A stretch of 64,000 bases of DNA from Candidatus Nezhaarchaeales archaeon (GTDB taxonomy: Archaea; Thermoproteota; Methanomethylicia; Nezhaarchaeales; WYZ-LMO8): NCBI GenBank assembly GCA_038887515.1, contig JAWAKK010000002.1, positions 32,001 through 96,000 on the forward strand. Reading direction: 5' to 3'. This document shows positions 40,016-49,985 of this stretch, piece by piece (the stretch's first letter is position 1; each line of letters opens with the position of its first letter). The notes under the pieces were generated by a model. That model had not been told where the DNA came from. It worked only from the letters and a program-made list of their open reading frames with translations, and searched no databases. Both the position numbers and the translations under genes were made by a program.

Positions 40016-41371
40016 ATGCTTAAAGTCGTCGTTGTTGGTGGAAATGCGGCTGGAATGAGTGCTGCTTCTAGAGCTAAAAGGCTTAAACCGGATCTTAACG
40101 TAATTGTGTTCGAAAGGGGCAATTACGTATCTTACGGTCCGTGCGGGATCCCATATTATGTGTCCGGCGTTGTGGGAAGACTAGAGGATCTAATTCATGA
40201 ACCCCTAGAAACCTTTGTGAGGGAAAGAGGAATAGATGTGAAGATAAGGTGTGAAGTTGTTGACATCGATACTTCGGGGAAGTCCGTCACGATAATTGAT
40301 AGAGATAGCGGTAGAGAGAATATAGTTGAATATGATAAGCTGGTTTTGGCTACTGGCGGGAAACCTTTAGTTCCAAGGATTGATGGTGTAGAACTAGAAG
40401 GCGTATATACCTTAAGGAGGTTAGAGGATGCAAATGAGTTGATGAAGGGTCTTTTGAAGGCCGAAAAAGTAGTTATCGTAGGCGGAGGGTACATAGGAGT
40501 TGAAATGGCTGAAGCCATTACTAAGCTCGGAAAGAAAGTGACCGTTCTAGAAATGATGCCTTACATACTTCCAAACTTTGATTCGGACGTATCTCAATGC
40601 GTTGAGAGGGAACTTAAAGCTCATGGGGTAGAAGTAAGGACCGGGGAAAAGGTTATTGAACTTAAAGGTAAGGACTCCGTATCAAAGGTGGTAACCGAGA
40701 AGGAGTCTTACGATGCCGATATGGTGCTCCTTGCCGTAGGCGTTAAACCAAATGTGGACTTAGCGATGAAGGCCGGAATAAATTTGGGCATTACTGGAGC
40801 CATAAAAGTCAATGAAAGAATGCAGACCAGCAAGGAGGACATTTACGCGGCAGGTGATAACACAGAGACCATAAATATAGTTACAGGAAAGCCCACTTAC
40901 AATCCCCTAGCGCCGACAGCAAATAAAATGGGACGTGTAGCGGGCACTAATGTGGCTGGCTTCCAAGCAGTGTTTAAGGGAGTTGTAGGCTCGGCTGTAT
41001 TAAAAGTCTTCAACATAGAGGCTGGAAGAACAGGTCTTTCATCTAAAGAGGCGGAGAGGGAGGGATTTAACGTTGCCTCTGCGACCATTGAAAGTATTAC
41101 TAAGAGCAAATATTGCCCAGGTGTTAAGAAGATTAAGATCAAGCTGATAGCCGATGCAGATACTGGGAGGCTTCTAGGAGCACAAATTATCGGAGAGGAA
41201 GGGGTAAGCGGTAGGATAAATACTTTAGCTACAGCGTTAATGAGTGACATGAACGTCTACGACGTCGCGATGTTGGACCTCGCATACCATCCCTACTTTG
41301 GACCAGTTTGGGACCCAATAATAGTAGCTGCAAGCGTAGTCTTAAGGCAGATTAAAGTAAGGAGGGTATAA
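40016..41371 (+). CDS. CoA-disulfide reductase / NADH oxidase family
   Basis: GGNAAGMSAA, SYGPCGIPY, GGGYIGVE, DLAYHPYFGPVWD. Confidence 0.9.
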   Translation: MLKVVVVGGNAAGMSAASRAKRLKPDLNVIVFERGNYVSYGPCGIPYYVSGVVGRLEDLIHEPLETFVRERGIDVKIRCEVVDIDTSGKSVTIIDRDSGRENIVEYDKLVLATGGKPLVPRIDGVELEGVYTLRRLEDANELMKGLLKAEKVVIVGGGYIGVEMAEAITKLGKKVTVLEMMPYILPNFDSDVSQCVERELKAHGVEVRTGEKVIELKGKDSVSKVVTEKESYDADMVLLAVGVKPNVDLAMKAGINLGITGAIKVNERMQTSKEDIYAAGDNTETINIVTGKPTYNPLAPTANKMGRVAGTNVAGFQAVFKGVVGSAVLKVFNIEAGRTGLSSKEAEREGFNVASATIESITKSKYCPGVKKIKIKLIADADTGRLLGAQIIGEEGVSGRINTLATALMSDMNVYDVAMLDLAYHPYFGPVWDPIIVAASVVLRQIKVRRV

Positions 41372-41438
41372 AGATTGGCTTTGATAAGGCAATCGATAAA
41401 AAGCCCCAAGCAGAGCAAGTCTTGGAGGATAGGAGTTC

Positions 41439-42173
41439 TTGGATAATAGAAGTACTGAGGATATGGTGGAGGTAAAGCTCTCCTTACCGAAGAGAGTTTA
41501 CAGGTGGTATACTATAGTGGCTAAAAGGGACCGTGTAAACGTCGAGGAAGTTTTTAAAGATGCGCTACTCGAGCTTTATCGATTTAAAGATGGCTTGGGA
41601 GACATCAAGAACTTTTATGGCTTGAGTGGATCACATGGTGAGTCGACAAGCTTAGGCCACGTACTGAACTATTCCTTAAACCTAGGCTTAACGATACATA
41701 GCATAGCTGAGCACCTATTGCTCGAGCTCGAAGGCGGTAATGGTTTCATCCTTAGCGATGTCAAGCTGGTCCAAGACGAGCCTGGCGCATATAAGGGCAT
41801 ATGTTTTAAATTTATTGTGAGAGAGGGCTACGACTTAGTCGCCGACTACTTTACGTTTCAAGTTCAACACGACGGCCTATACCTAGACGTTATTTCAGCG
41901 TTAAGCTTCGACTCTACGAAAGTAGCCAACGAAGCTTTCAAGAGGTTGAAAAAGGCAGTGATGAAGATTGTCGACGAAGGCGAATTCAAAGACATGGAGG
42001 AAGGGCTACGTACAAGGAATGGAAGGTTGAACATTGACCTCAGTAAGGAGGGGAGCATAATCTACTTGACTTTTATGGTCTATGCAAACGAGATAAGCAT
42101 CATACCGAAGTTGCATAAAATAGATGACGTGTTGAGGAAGATATGCGATAAAGCGGGGATCGAGAGGGCATAG
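41439..42173 (+). CDS. Hypothetical protein with RHH-like N-terminus
   Basis: Long ORF with SD; VEVKLSLPKRVYRW...VEEVFKDAL; no family recognised. Confidence 0.6.
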   Translation: MDNRSTEDMVEVKLSLPKRVYRWYTIVAKRDRVNVEEVFKDALLELYRFKDGLGDIKNFYGLSGSHGESTSLGHVLNYSLNLGLTIHSIAEHLLLELEGGNGFILSDVKLVQDEPGAYKGICFKFIVREGYDLVADYFTFQVQHDGLYLDVISALSFDSTKVANEAFKRLKKAVMKIVDEGEFKDMEEGLRTRNGRLNIDLSKEGSIIYLTFMVYANEISIIPKLHKIDDVLRKICDKAGIERA

Positions 42174-42339
42174 TTCATAGTTAAACTACCGGCCGGCTTC
42201 AGTAACTTATGTGCTGCATATCGTCCCCTAATCATTAGGGTGACATTGAACGTAACTCTCATCTTCAGCCTTTCAAGGCTAAGATTCAAATTTTCAGTAG
42301 GGTAGATAACGTTATATGAAGAAGAATAAGATATATTAA

Positions 42340-42639
42340 TTGAGCATTATGGGTACTTACATCCTCTTATCCACTTTAACGGCTGAAGGAAGGAAGACCG
42401 TAAAGCAAAGACCTGAAAGAATATTGGAAGTAAACAAAGAAATAGAGGCCTTTGGAGTTAAGGTGCTCCAACAATATGCGGTTCTCGGACCATACGACTT
42501 TGTTAATATAGTAGAAGCTCCGGACAACGAAACTGTGGCCAAGGTATCCGTCGAACTGGGGTCGAGGGGCACGGTCCACATAATTAGTATGCCCGCTATA
42601 CCAGTAAAGGACTTCATTGAGAAGGTTAAGGAACGGTGA
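42340..42639 (+). CDS. GYD-domain protein
   Basis: LGPYDFVNIVEAPD. Confidence 0.9.
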   Translation: MSIMGTYILLSTLTAEGRKTVKQRPERILEVNKEIEAFGVKVLQQYAVLGPYDFVNIVEAPDNETVAKVSVELGSRGTVHIISMPAIPVKDFIEKVKER

Positions 42640-42666
42640 GACTACCTTAATCCCTTTTAATTTTTT

Positions 42667-42722
42667 GGCTCGGTGTGAGATGGTTAGATCACCATTCACC
42701 TGGATTGGTACTCGTCATCGCC
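42667..42722 (-). ncRNA. Probable box C/D sRNA
   Basis: GGC stem, C ATGACGA - GTACCAATCCAG - D' GTGA - C' ATGGTGA - TCTAACCATCTCACA - D CCGA, GCC stem. Confidence 0.6.
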
Positions 42723-42827
42723 TTAAATTAGACTGTTAATGGTTGAGAAATAATCTTTTCTTAAATAACCCATTAATCTAGAGGTAAATGCGTGTTGCAC
42801 AACTTATTGTGGTAGGCGAGCTTATGG

Positions 42828-43769
42828 GTGGAGGAAATGACGAAAGAGATCTTGGAAGCCGTTGAGGACTTGAAGCCGGAGCAGAGCGTTAGGGCCCTCT
42901 TAAGGAGCATGGCCAAGACGGCGTTTAACGCCAGAAGGCTTGGAAAAGCTTTCGAGGTATTGGAGGACATAGTAAACAGAAGTAGCTTGAGGATACTAAC
43001 GATGGCTGGAGCCTTCGTACCTGCTGGATTAAGGAGACTTCTGTGCGAAGCCCTAAGAAGAAAGCTTTTCAATGTTGTTATAACTACGGGGGCCAACGTC
43101 ACTCACGATTTGTTAATGGCCTTTGGTGGTAGACACTATAGGCTTGAACTAAGAGAGGTAGAAGACGAGGTAGACGTGAAGAAGATGGGTCTATGTAGGA
43201 TATATGACATAGCTGTGAAGGTCCGAGATTTCGAGGTTATGGAGAAGAGGATTCGAGAACTCTTAGATGGCATGGATGATAGGGTATACTCCTCCAACGA
43301 ATTCTTAAGGGAAATAGGTCTTAGAATAGAGGATGAGGGAAGCTTTATACGTAGTGCAGCCGTAAACGACTGTAGCATCATTGTACCAGCTTTTTACGAC
43401 TCCATACTGGGCGTGCAAGTATGGAGTTTAACGCAGACTCGAAGGCTGAAAGTCGTTGAAGACTTAGACCTTAGCTACTTAGTCGGCCTCCAGTTCGATG
43501 CTAAGAAGAGAGGAGATAAGACTGGAATACTAATAGTTGGAGGAGGTACGCCAAAGAACTTTGCTCTCCAGTCAGCTCTAATAGCTGGTAAGCCATTTGA
43601 TTATGCCGTTCAAGTAACAATAGACCCACCTTATTATGGCGGGCTTTCGGGGGCTACGTTGAGGGAAGCCGTGAGTTGGGATAAAGTATTTGAAAAAGCA
43701 GAGTATTGTACTGTTTACTGCGACTTCACCATTGCAGTGCCCCTACTGTTCTCTGCCATATTGATTTAG
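42828..43769 (+). CDS. dys: Deoxyhypusine synthase
   Basis: TTGANVTHD, GGGTPKN, GGLSGATLREAVSWDK (catalytic Lys). Confidence 0.9.
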   Translation: MEEMTKEILEAVEDLKPEQSVRALLRSMAKTAFNARRLGKAFEVLEDIVNRSSLRILTMAGAFVPAGLRRLLCEALRRKLFNVVITTGANVTHDLLMAFGGRHYRLELREVEDEVDVKKMGLCRIYDIAVKVRDFEVMEKRIRELLDGMDDRVYSSNEFLREIGLRIEDEGSFIRSAAVNDCSIIVPAFYDSILGVQVWSLTQTRRLKVVEDLDLSYLVGLQFDAKKRGDKTGILIVGGGTPKNFALQSALIAGKPFDYAVQVTIDPPYYGGLSGATLREAVSWDKVFEKAEYCTVYCDFTIAVPLLFSAILI

Positions 43770-43828
43770 GGGCTCCGATCTGGTGTCAGCTTTCATCTAT
43801 CAACAATACCTGCCGTCGTCATTGCCCC
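43769..43828 (-). ncRNA. Box C/D sRNA guiding 16S rRNA helix 18 methylation
   Basis: GGGGC/GCCCC terminal stem; C ATGACGA, guide CGGCAGGTATTG, D' TTGA, C' TAGATGA, guide AAGCTGACACCAGAT, D CGGA; guides complement conserved 16S GUCUGGUGUCAGC and UAAUACC. Confidence 0.85.
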
Positions 43829-43884
43829 GCTAATACTAAAAATAGGGCAGCATATTTGTTTACCGCCAAAAGAGGGTTGGAATC

Positions 43885-44637
43885 TTGAGGGCAAACTTTG
43901 TTGAGATGATAAGCGAAGCTGCGTATAAAAATCAGAGTAAAATAGTGCTAGCACTCGACGTAAAAGGACCTAACGTTTTTGATAGGGCCTTGAAGATACT
44001 TGAAGATGTCTCAAAATATATATGTTGTGTCAAGGTAAACAAGCATTTGATATTACCTCTAGGCCTTAGAGGTTTGAGGGGTTTAATTGAGAGGGCACAT
44101 GCCTTAGGTATACCGGTAATTGCCGACTGTAAAATGTGCGATATCGGCTCTACTAACGTGGTAGAAGCTTCGCAGTACTTTGATGCAGGATTTGACGCCA
44201 TAACTGTAATGCCGTTGCCCGGCTGGTTTGATGGTTTAGAGGGCGTCTTCCGTATGGCTAAGGAGATTGGTAAAGGCGTTATATTGGTGGTTATGATGAG
44301 CCATAGAGGGGCTTCAGAGTTCTTTGAAGCAACAATCTTTGAGGGAGAACTTGGAATTTTCGATAAGCTATACAACGCCTTCGCTAGAAGGGCTGTGAAG
44401 TGGTGTGCTGATGGAGTAGTTGTTGGTGCTACCAGACCGGATGTAATAAGGCAAGTCAAGGATGTAGTAGAAGACATACCTATATTTTCGCCGGGAGTTA
44501 TGGTTCAAGGAGGAGCGATAGAGGAAGCTTTGAGGGCTGGGGCCTCCTACGTGATTGTCGGTAGGGCTATCTGCGAAAACAGCAATCCTGCAGATAAAGC
44601 AAGGGAGCTTAGGGACGTTACTAGACTATTCTTGTAA
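43885..44637 (+). CDS. pyrF: Orotidine-5'-phosphate decarboxylase
   Basis: LALD, IADCKMCDIGST, VVGAT, SPGV..QGG, IVGRAI. Confidence 0.95.
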   Translation: MRANFVEMISEAAYKNQSKIVLALDVKGPNVFDRALKILEDVSKYICCVKVNKHLILPLGLRGLRGLIERAHALGIPVIADCKMCDIGSTNVVEASQYFDAGFDAITVMPLPGWFDGLEGVFRMAKEIGKGVILVVMMSHRGASEFFEATIFEGELGIFDKLYNAFARRAVKWCADGVVVGATRPDVIRQVKDVVEDIPIFSPGVMVQGGAIEEALRAGASYVIVGRAICENSNPADKARELRDVTRLFL

Positions 44638-45286
44638 CGAATTCGAAGACCACACCGGACTTAGTTATGGTGAAAGGCACCACTATTCCTTGATGAGGTT
44701 TTCTTTTGACCTTAACTATCTTGAGGTAGCGGACATAGCTGTTACCCGATTCTTTGTAGGATACTTTCATCACTGCGTCGACCTTGCTACGTATCATGTC
44801 GAGTTGCCTCGCCGTATGCATTGTGGGTACTACGACCAATATGTGTAGGCCGCCGCCAACCTTTGAGACGCTTCTGAGCCTATGGAGTACTTCAACGACT
44901 TCATTATCGTCCTTGCAGGTGTGAGCTACGAAGGAAGAAAATGTATCGATACAGCTTGAAGAACCTTGCTTTACGTCGTTTAGAAGGGAGGTGAAGAGGT
45001 CTTGAAGACTTTCGTTCGACCTACTAATGAATGTCCATGCACCTGAGACTTCTAACGTCTGAATTCGGAGACCTAGCGCTAACATAGAGTCTCTAACGTC
45101 CTCGACGTCATCGTCAACTAAAAAGTATACGACCCTTTCACCAGAGTGGGCCCTATTAGCAAGCAAGAGCCTTGCCATGACGTCAGCATAAGAGAGTGGG
45201 CTGCCTTCGATCACCACGAGGGAGCCGGAGGGTATACCTCTTAGCTCGTCGTCTACTACTGGTATGTTAAGTCTCAGTAAACTCAT
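44621..45286 (-). CDS. RAD55/KaiC-like RecA-fold protein with degenerate Walker A
   Basis: GIPSGSLVVIEGSPLSYAD (no GKT/S), IDTFS, RYLKIVK..., FTITKSGV. Confidence 0.8.
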   Translation of the reverse strand: MSLLRLNIPVVDDELRGIPSGSLVVIEGSPLSYADVMARLLLANRAHSGERVVYFLVDDDVEDVRDSMLALGLRIQTLEVSGAWTFISRSNESLQDLFTSLLNDVKQGSSSCIDTFSSFVAHTCKDDNEVVEVLHRLRSVSKVGGGLHILVVVPTMHTARQLDMIRSKVDAVMKVSYKESGNSYVRYLKIVKVKRKPHQGIVVPFTITKSGVVFEFVTRIV

Positions 45287-45316
45287 ATGTCTATAAACTC
45301 CTTTAAGTCTTCGCGT

Positions 45317-46099
45317 CTAAAGAGTTTTTCTGGCAAAAATCATGTAGCCTGTATGACCGATCATGATGGTTTCAGGCCTTACGGCTCCTTCCTCGACCTT
45401 CAACTCTCTAAGTAGGAGCTCGTAAACTTTAACGTCAATGAAGCCATGCTTTCTGAGCTCTAAAACAGTCTTCTCTACTTGGTTCACCGTCGGGCTAAAG
45501 CTTGCGAAGTGTCCTCCTCCCTTAAGGGCTTTGTACGCATGAGGTACTACTAGCCAGGGGGTGGCCATATCAAGTACGACAGCATCAACCTCTTCCTCGT
45601 CTATTCCTTGGGTTATATCCTTCGTCTTCAATACAACATACTCAAGGAGACCCGCTCGCTCTAAGTTCTTCTTAGCCACCTCTTGAAACCTTGGATTTAC
45701 ATCGTAGCTATATAATACTCCAGGCCGTATAAAAAAGGCGAGGGCGCACGTGAGGGCGCCGCTACCCGTACCGGCTTCTACTATCCTCATCCCAGGCCTT
45801 AGCCCAAGCTTAAATACTATAAGGGCCATGTCCTTCGGGTACATTATTTGGGTCTTCCTCGCTATTTTAAAGACGTAATCCCATAGCGTTGGTTTCAGTA
45901 TCGTAAAGTCGACTCCCAAATTGGACTTAACTCGGGAGCCATACTTTAAGCCTATTAGTGAGTCCATCGTTATGTATCCTTTGTGGGTATGGAGAGTACG
46001 CCCCTTTTCCACCTTAGTAAGATACTTATGCTTTTTGTCAAGCTGCAAAACTACGAATGACCCCTCAAGTACTACGTCTCCTTGATCTCTTAGAGCCAT
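45317..46099 (-). CDS. trmI: tRNA (adenine-57/58-N1)-methyltransferase
   Basis: TQIMYPKD, EAGTGSG, LDMATPW, HTGY. Confidence 0.95.
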   Translation of the reverse strand: MALRDQGDVVLEGSFVVLQLDKKHKYLTKVEKGRTLHTHKGYITMDSLIGLKYGSRVKSNLGVDFTILKPTLWDYVFKIARKTQIMYPKDMALIVFKLGLRPGMRIVEAGTGSGALTCALAFFIRPGVLYSYDVNPRFQEVAKKNLERAGLLEYVVLKTKDITQGIDEEEVDAVVLDMATPWLVVPHAYKALKGGGHFASFSPTVNQVEKTVLELRKHGFIDVKVYELLLRELKVEEGAVRPETIMIGHTGYMIFARKTL

Positions 46100-46108
46100 A
46101 CAGGACCC

Positions 46109-46294
46109 TTATGTTATGCCTAATTTGTCCTCAATTTTCCGAAGTCTAGACTTTATTTCTTCTAAATCCTTTTTCATTGAAACCAGCAACGGTATCATGT
46201 CGTTTATTATTATGGATTCTGGAGAGGATGGGAGGATGCGCTCCCTTAAACCCAACAACTCGCTTAATCTCTTATCTTCCACTAACGCCACCAA
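46109..46294 (-). CDS. Small coiled-coil hypothetical protein
   Basis: SD GGAG, heptad C-terminus MKKDLEEIKSRLRKIEDKLG; cotranscribed position upstream of trmI. Confidence 0.6.
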   Translation of the reverse strand: MVALVEDKRLSELLGLRERILPSSPESIIINDMIPLLVSMKKDLEEIKSRLRKIEDKLGIT

Positions 46295-46362
46295 TACTCC
46301 TATTAGGAGGTCGTAGACAAAAATTAAGCGGTAGAATTGGGTATCGCAAAGAGGTTTGTCAA

Positions 46363-46857
46363 GTGAAGCGCGACATAATTGTCATATTATTAGCCATAGT
46401 ATTGGTGTTCGCGTTCAATGAAGGGATAAAGATCGCCACCGGTACCGAGGTACCTATAGCGATAGTGGAGGGTAGCAGCATGATCCCCACGTTCTATGAT
46501 GGAGACGTAATATTGGTTGTCGGCGTTAAACCTTCGGATCTAAACGTGGGCGACGTCATCATCTATAAGACTTATAACGATAGAATGATAGTCCATAGGA
46601 TCGTCGATATCGTAATTAATGATGGCATGTACTTCTTTAAGACGCAAGGCGACAACAATCCATTACCAGACCCAGGCCTCGTATCGGAAGCACAAGTAGT
46701 TGGTCGTGTAGTAGGTGTACTACTTCCGAAGGTTGGAGGATTATTTAAGTTTATAATGCCTTATAAGTACGTAGTTGTTGGTCTGCTTTTAGTCCTAGCC
46801 GTAATACTCATTATGTTGCCCCCGAACAAAAATAAGAGTATTGACAAGAAGAAATAG
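46363..46857 (+). CDS. Signal peptidase I (Sec11/SipW type); GTG start inside track ORF 46177-46857
   Basis: EGSSMIPT, GDVI, IVHRI, TQGDNN. Confidence 0.92.
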   Translation: MKRDIIVILLAIVLVFAFNEGIKIATGTEVPIAIVEGSSMIPTFYDGDVILVVGVKPSDLNVGDVIIYKTYNDRMIVHRIVDIVINDGMYFFKTQGDNNPLPDPGLVSEAQVVGRVVGVLLPKVGGLFKFIMPYKYVVVGLLLVLAVILIMLPPNKNKSIDKKK

Positions 46858-46926
46858 AGTTTTAGCGGTTAAATTTAAAAGGAGCTTTAAATAGCTTTAA
46901 CTTGCTAAAAGAGAAAGATTTTTAAG

Positions 46927-47493
46927 GTGTCGGGCTTGACGAAGCCTAAGTATAAGATAGAGAATGTCGTCGCTTCCGTAACCCTTAACCAGACAATTGA
47001 TTTAAATGCTATTGCTGGCGCGGTTTTTAAGGCTGAGTACAATCCTGAACAATTCCCAGGGTTAGTTTACAGGCTCGATAGACCGAAGACCGCGACATTA
47101 ATTTTCAGTTCCGGAAAGATGGTATGTACTGGAGGTAAATCGGAGAAGGACGTCTATAGAACGGTAAGAAAAATAATTCAAGAGCTCAAAGCCCATAAAA
47201 TAGTCATAGTTGGAGAACCGAAGATACAGATACAAAATATAGTCGCTTCAGCTAATCTTGGAGCTGAAATAAATTTGGAAAAGGCCGCCTACTTGCTTGA
47301 AAACGCTATGTACGAGCCTGAGCAATTTCCGGGTCTCATATACCGTATGGAGGACGAAGGAGTTGTGCTATTGCTCTTCAGCTCGGGCAAAATGGTTGTA
47401 ACTGGCGCTAAGAAGGAAGATGACGTTAAGAGGGCCGTAAATAAGATATATGAGAAGCTTAAGGCCCTAGGCGTTCTATACATCGAAGAATAA
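46927..47493 (+). CDS. tbp: TATA-box binding protein
   Basis: Two repeats ENVVAS/QNIVAS, Yx[14 protein letters not shown]. Confidence 0.98.
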   Translation: MSGLTKPKYKIENVVASVTLNQTIDLNAIAGAVFKAEYNPEQFPGLVYRLDRPKTATLIFSSGKMVCTGGKSEKDVYRTVRKIIQELKAHKIVIVGEPKIQIQNIVASANLGAEINLEKAAYLLENAMYEPEQFPGLIYRMEDEGVVLLLFSSGKMVVTGAKKEDDVKRAVNKIYEKLKALGVLYIEE

Positions 47494-48168
47494 TTTCTTT
47501 GAACCGTAGGCTTCATAATAATCTTTTACTTTCCTAAAGATTGAAGGGTCTATTCGAAGTTCACTCCTCCTCGCCCAGATAACTTGGAAGAGGTCTACGG
47601 CCTCAATTATTGCCTGGTACTTTAAGCCTTGCGTTCTAATGACTTCTGAGGCGGGAATACCGTCTTCCATCTCGTTCCTATCCATTAGGACTACAACGCC
47701 CACAACCTTAAAGCCTAGCTCTTCAAGAGCTTCTTTAACCTTAAGCTTCGTTAAACCTGTAGTTAGAACGTCGTCGACTATAACTAATCGTGCGCCCTTA
47801 TCGATAGATCCTACTATCCGCTCATCTTCCTTGACACCATAGCTCTTAGCCTCCTTCCTATCGTATAGGATTGGCTTATCGTAGCCGTACAGTTGCCTTA
47901 TTTTAAAGCTCGTTGCCACCGCCAGAGGTATTCCCTTATATGATGGACCGAATACACCGTCAAATCCGTCTAAGCTTAATAGTTCTACGATAGTTTTAGC
48001 ATAGGCTTCACCTATAACGTTAAGGCTCTGGGGGTTAAACATCCTAGCTACGTTAAAGAAGTAGGGGGATGATCTTCCGCTTTTGAGTTTCACCTCGCTA
48101 AATACTAGTGCGCCACAGCGTATTATCTCGTCTATCACGTTCTTCTTTGTATTCGTTAAACCCCACAT
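47476..48168 (-). CDS. pyrE: Orotate phosphoribosyltransferase
   Basis: [36 protein letters not shown]. Confidence 0.95.
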   Translation of the reverse strand: MWGLTNTKKNVIDEIIRCGALVFSEVKLKSGRSSPYFFNVARMFNPQSLNVIGEAYAKTIVELLSLDGFDGVFGPSYKGIPLAVATSFKIRQLYGYDKPILYDRKEAKSYGVKEDERIVGSIDKGARLVIVDDVLTTGLTKLKVKEALEELGFKVVGVVVLMDRNEMEDGIPASEVIRTQGLKYQAIIEAVDLFQVIWARRSELRIDPSIFRKVKDYYEAYGSKKLFFDV

Positions 48169-49302
48169 CTACAACACCCTGAAGGTTATTGAAGAGAAAC
48201 ATAATCCGCACATTATTGGTAACAGGATGAAGAGTACTCTCCTTGAACGAGAGAGTGGCGATACGTCATCTAAGGGGCCTGGGTGCCCCCTAAAAAGTAT
48301 TAGTAGGGCAACGAAAGCCATGAATATAAAGCCAGTCATTATCATGATCACTACAGCTATTATAGACACGAATATGTGCTTCCTACTGTCTAGCAAGGCT
48401 CTCGTAACGTGACCTCCATCCAGTTGACCTACTGGTAGGGTATTTAAGAAAGTTATGAGCATGCCAACCCATCCGGCAAAGGCTATTGGGTGAATTATGA
48501 GCGCTTGCTTAAAAGGCGTTTGAAGCAGTGATACGATTTCAGTCCTTATAATAGCGAATAATAGGGGCTCTAGCGGTAAAACTGAGACCTGTCCTTGTTC
48601 AATCCATGAAAGGACGAGGTCTTCGGGGACGAAGTACGATAAGGAGAGACCTACGAATGTCACTATTATGGACGCTATGAAGCTTAAGAGCGGACCTGTC
48701 AGCCCAAGGTCGAAGAGCTGATCCCTATTAAGAATTGGGGTTTCTTGAATCATAACAGCTCCGAGGGATCCGCCTATCTCCGGTGGCCCTGGGATAAAGT
48801 AGGGGGGTGTAGATTTCAAGTTGTGCTTTGTGCACGCAATTTTATGGCCTAGCTCGTGGACCCCCAACACGAAGAAGATTGAGGCGACGTAGGCAATTAA
48901 GTGAAGTATCCTATACTTGCCAAATGAAGGATCAATAGTTTCGTATATACCTCCCATCGTGAATAAATAACCTGCGAATGTGACGCTCGCCATCGTAGCT
49001 AGTAGTAGGACGATGTTCCATAAAGGTCTATGTCTAGGACGCTCCTGCCTCTTAAATACTCTTAAAACCTTCTTACCATACTCATTCCTTAAAACAGGTA
49101 CGTAACCCTTGGTGTCGAGAATAGAATAGAGCTTTAAGAAGCGGCTTTTTGTATCCTCGTCTTTAACGACGTAGGTTAAGATGCCGAATTGTATTTTCCA
49201 TTCAACAATAGTAAAGTGTTGCCTAACAATTTCATCTATCTCTGTTGGGAAAGGTTCCATTAGATAACACCTAAGTTCAGGCTCTCTAAACAGGGCCTTC
49301 AC
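48169..49302 (-). CDS. Site-2 protease (M50)
   Basis: HELGH, NTLPVGQLDGGH. Confidence 0.93.
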   Translation of the reverse strand: MKALFREPELRCYLMEPFPTEIDEIVRQHFTIVEWKIQFGILTYVVKDEDTKSRFLKLYSILDTKGYVPVLRNEYGKKVLRVFKRQERPRHRPLWNIVLLLATMASVTFAGYLFTMGGIYETIDPSFGKYRILHLIAYVASIFFVLGVHELGHKIACTKHNLKSTPPYFIPGPPEIGGSLGAVMIQETPILNRDQLFDLGLTGPLLSFIASIIVTFVGLSLSYFVPEDLVLSWIEQGQVSVLPLEPLLFAIIRTEIVSLLQTPFKQALIIHPIAFAGWVGMLITFLNTLPVGQLDGGHVTRALLDSRKHIFVSIIAVVIMIMTGFIFMAFVALLILFRGHPGPLDDVSPLSRSRRVLFILLPIMCGLCFSSITFRVL

Positions 49303-49418
49303 TGTTAAGCTTTTTCCTTAAATTCTTAGATGCGCTATGTGAGGGGGAAGGATAAAACCTTAAGTATAATTACGAAATAAATATCAGGTTCCTTGAAGAT
49401 GCTTAGCGTGGGGAGACG

Positions 49419-49913
49419 TTGCGATTCGACGAGGAACAAGGGTGCATGATAAGGGAATTTAGAGAAGAAGACCTCGATAGTGTCATAAAGATAAACAGGA
49501 TGTGTCTCCCTGAAAATTATACTCCCGACTTCTTCATTTACCACTTTAGAGAATTCCCTGAAGGATTCTTAGTCGCAGAAATGGGCAATTCCATTGTCGG
49601 TTACGTAATGACGAGGATAGACAGGGGCTTTGATTACTACTCGCCACGTACGACTTTGAGCGAGAAAGGGCACGTAATATCAATAGCAGTAATGCCTTAC
49701 GCTAGAAGAAGAGGAATAGGGGAAAAACTCCTTCGAAAAGCTATAGATGTCATTAGGAAAAGGGGAATTAAAGAGGTATACTTGGAAGTCAGGGTTTCGA
49801 ATGTTCCAGCTATAAATCTGTATCATAAGCTGGGTTTTAAGGTGGTTAGAAGGGTGTCCAAATATTACGCTGATGGTGAAGATGCTTACGTCATGCTACT
49901 TCAACTCGATTAA
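49419..49913 (+). CDS. ard1: Ard1/RimI N-acetyltransferase
   Basis: CLPENY, GHVISIAV, RRRGIG, LEVRVSN, YYADGEDA. Confidence 0.92.
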   Translation: MRFDEEQGCMIREFREEDLDSVIKINRMCLPENYTPDFFIYHFREFPEGFLVAEMGNSIVGYVMTRIDRGFDYYSPRTTLSEKGHVISIAVMPYARRRGIGEKLLRKAIDVIRKRGIKEVYLEVRVSNVPAINLYHKLGFKVVRRVSKYYADGEDAYVMLLQLD

Positions 49914-49985
49914 TTCATTTCTGGTCTCCTATGGTTAAGTTTATATAGAAGCAGTTTCTTGTAAACTCAGAAAATTGATTATTAG

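Noticed and set aside
42195-42270. Minus-strand GGCT...AGATGA...CTGA-AGCC with internal hairpin
   Set aside because: Degenerate boxes and atypical spacing; too weak to call without expression data
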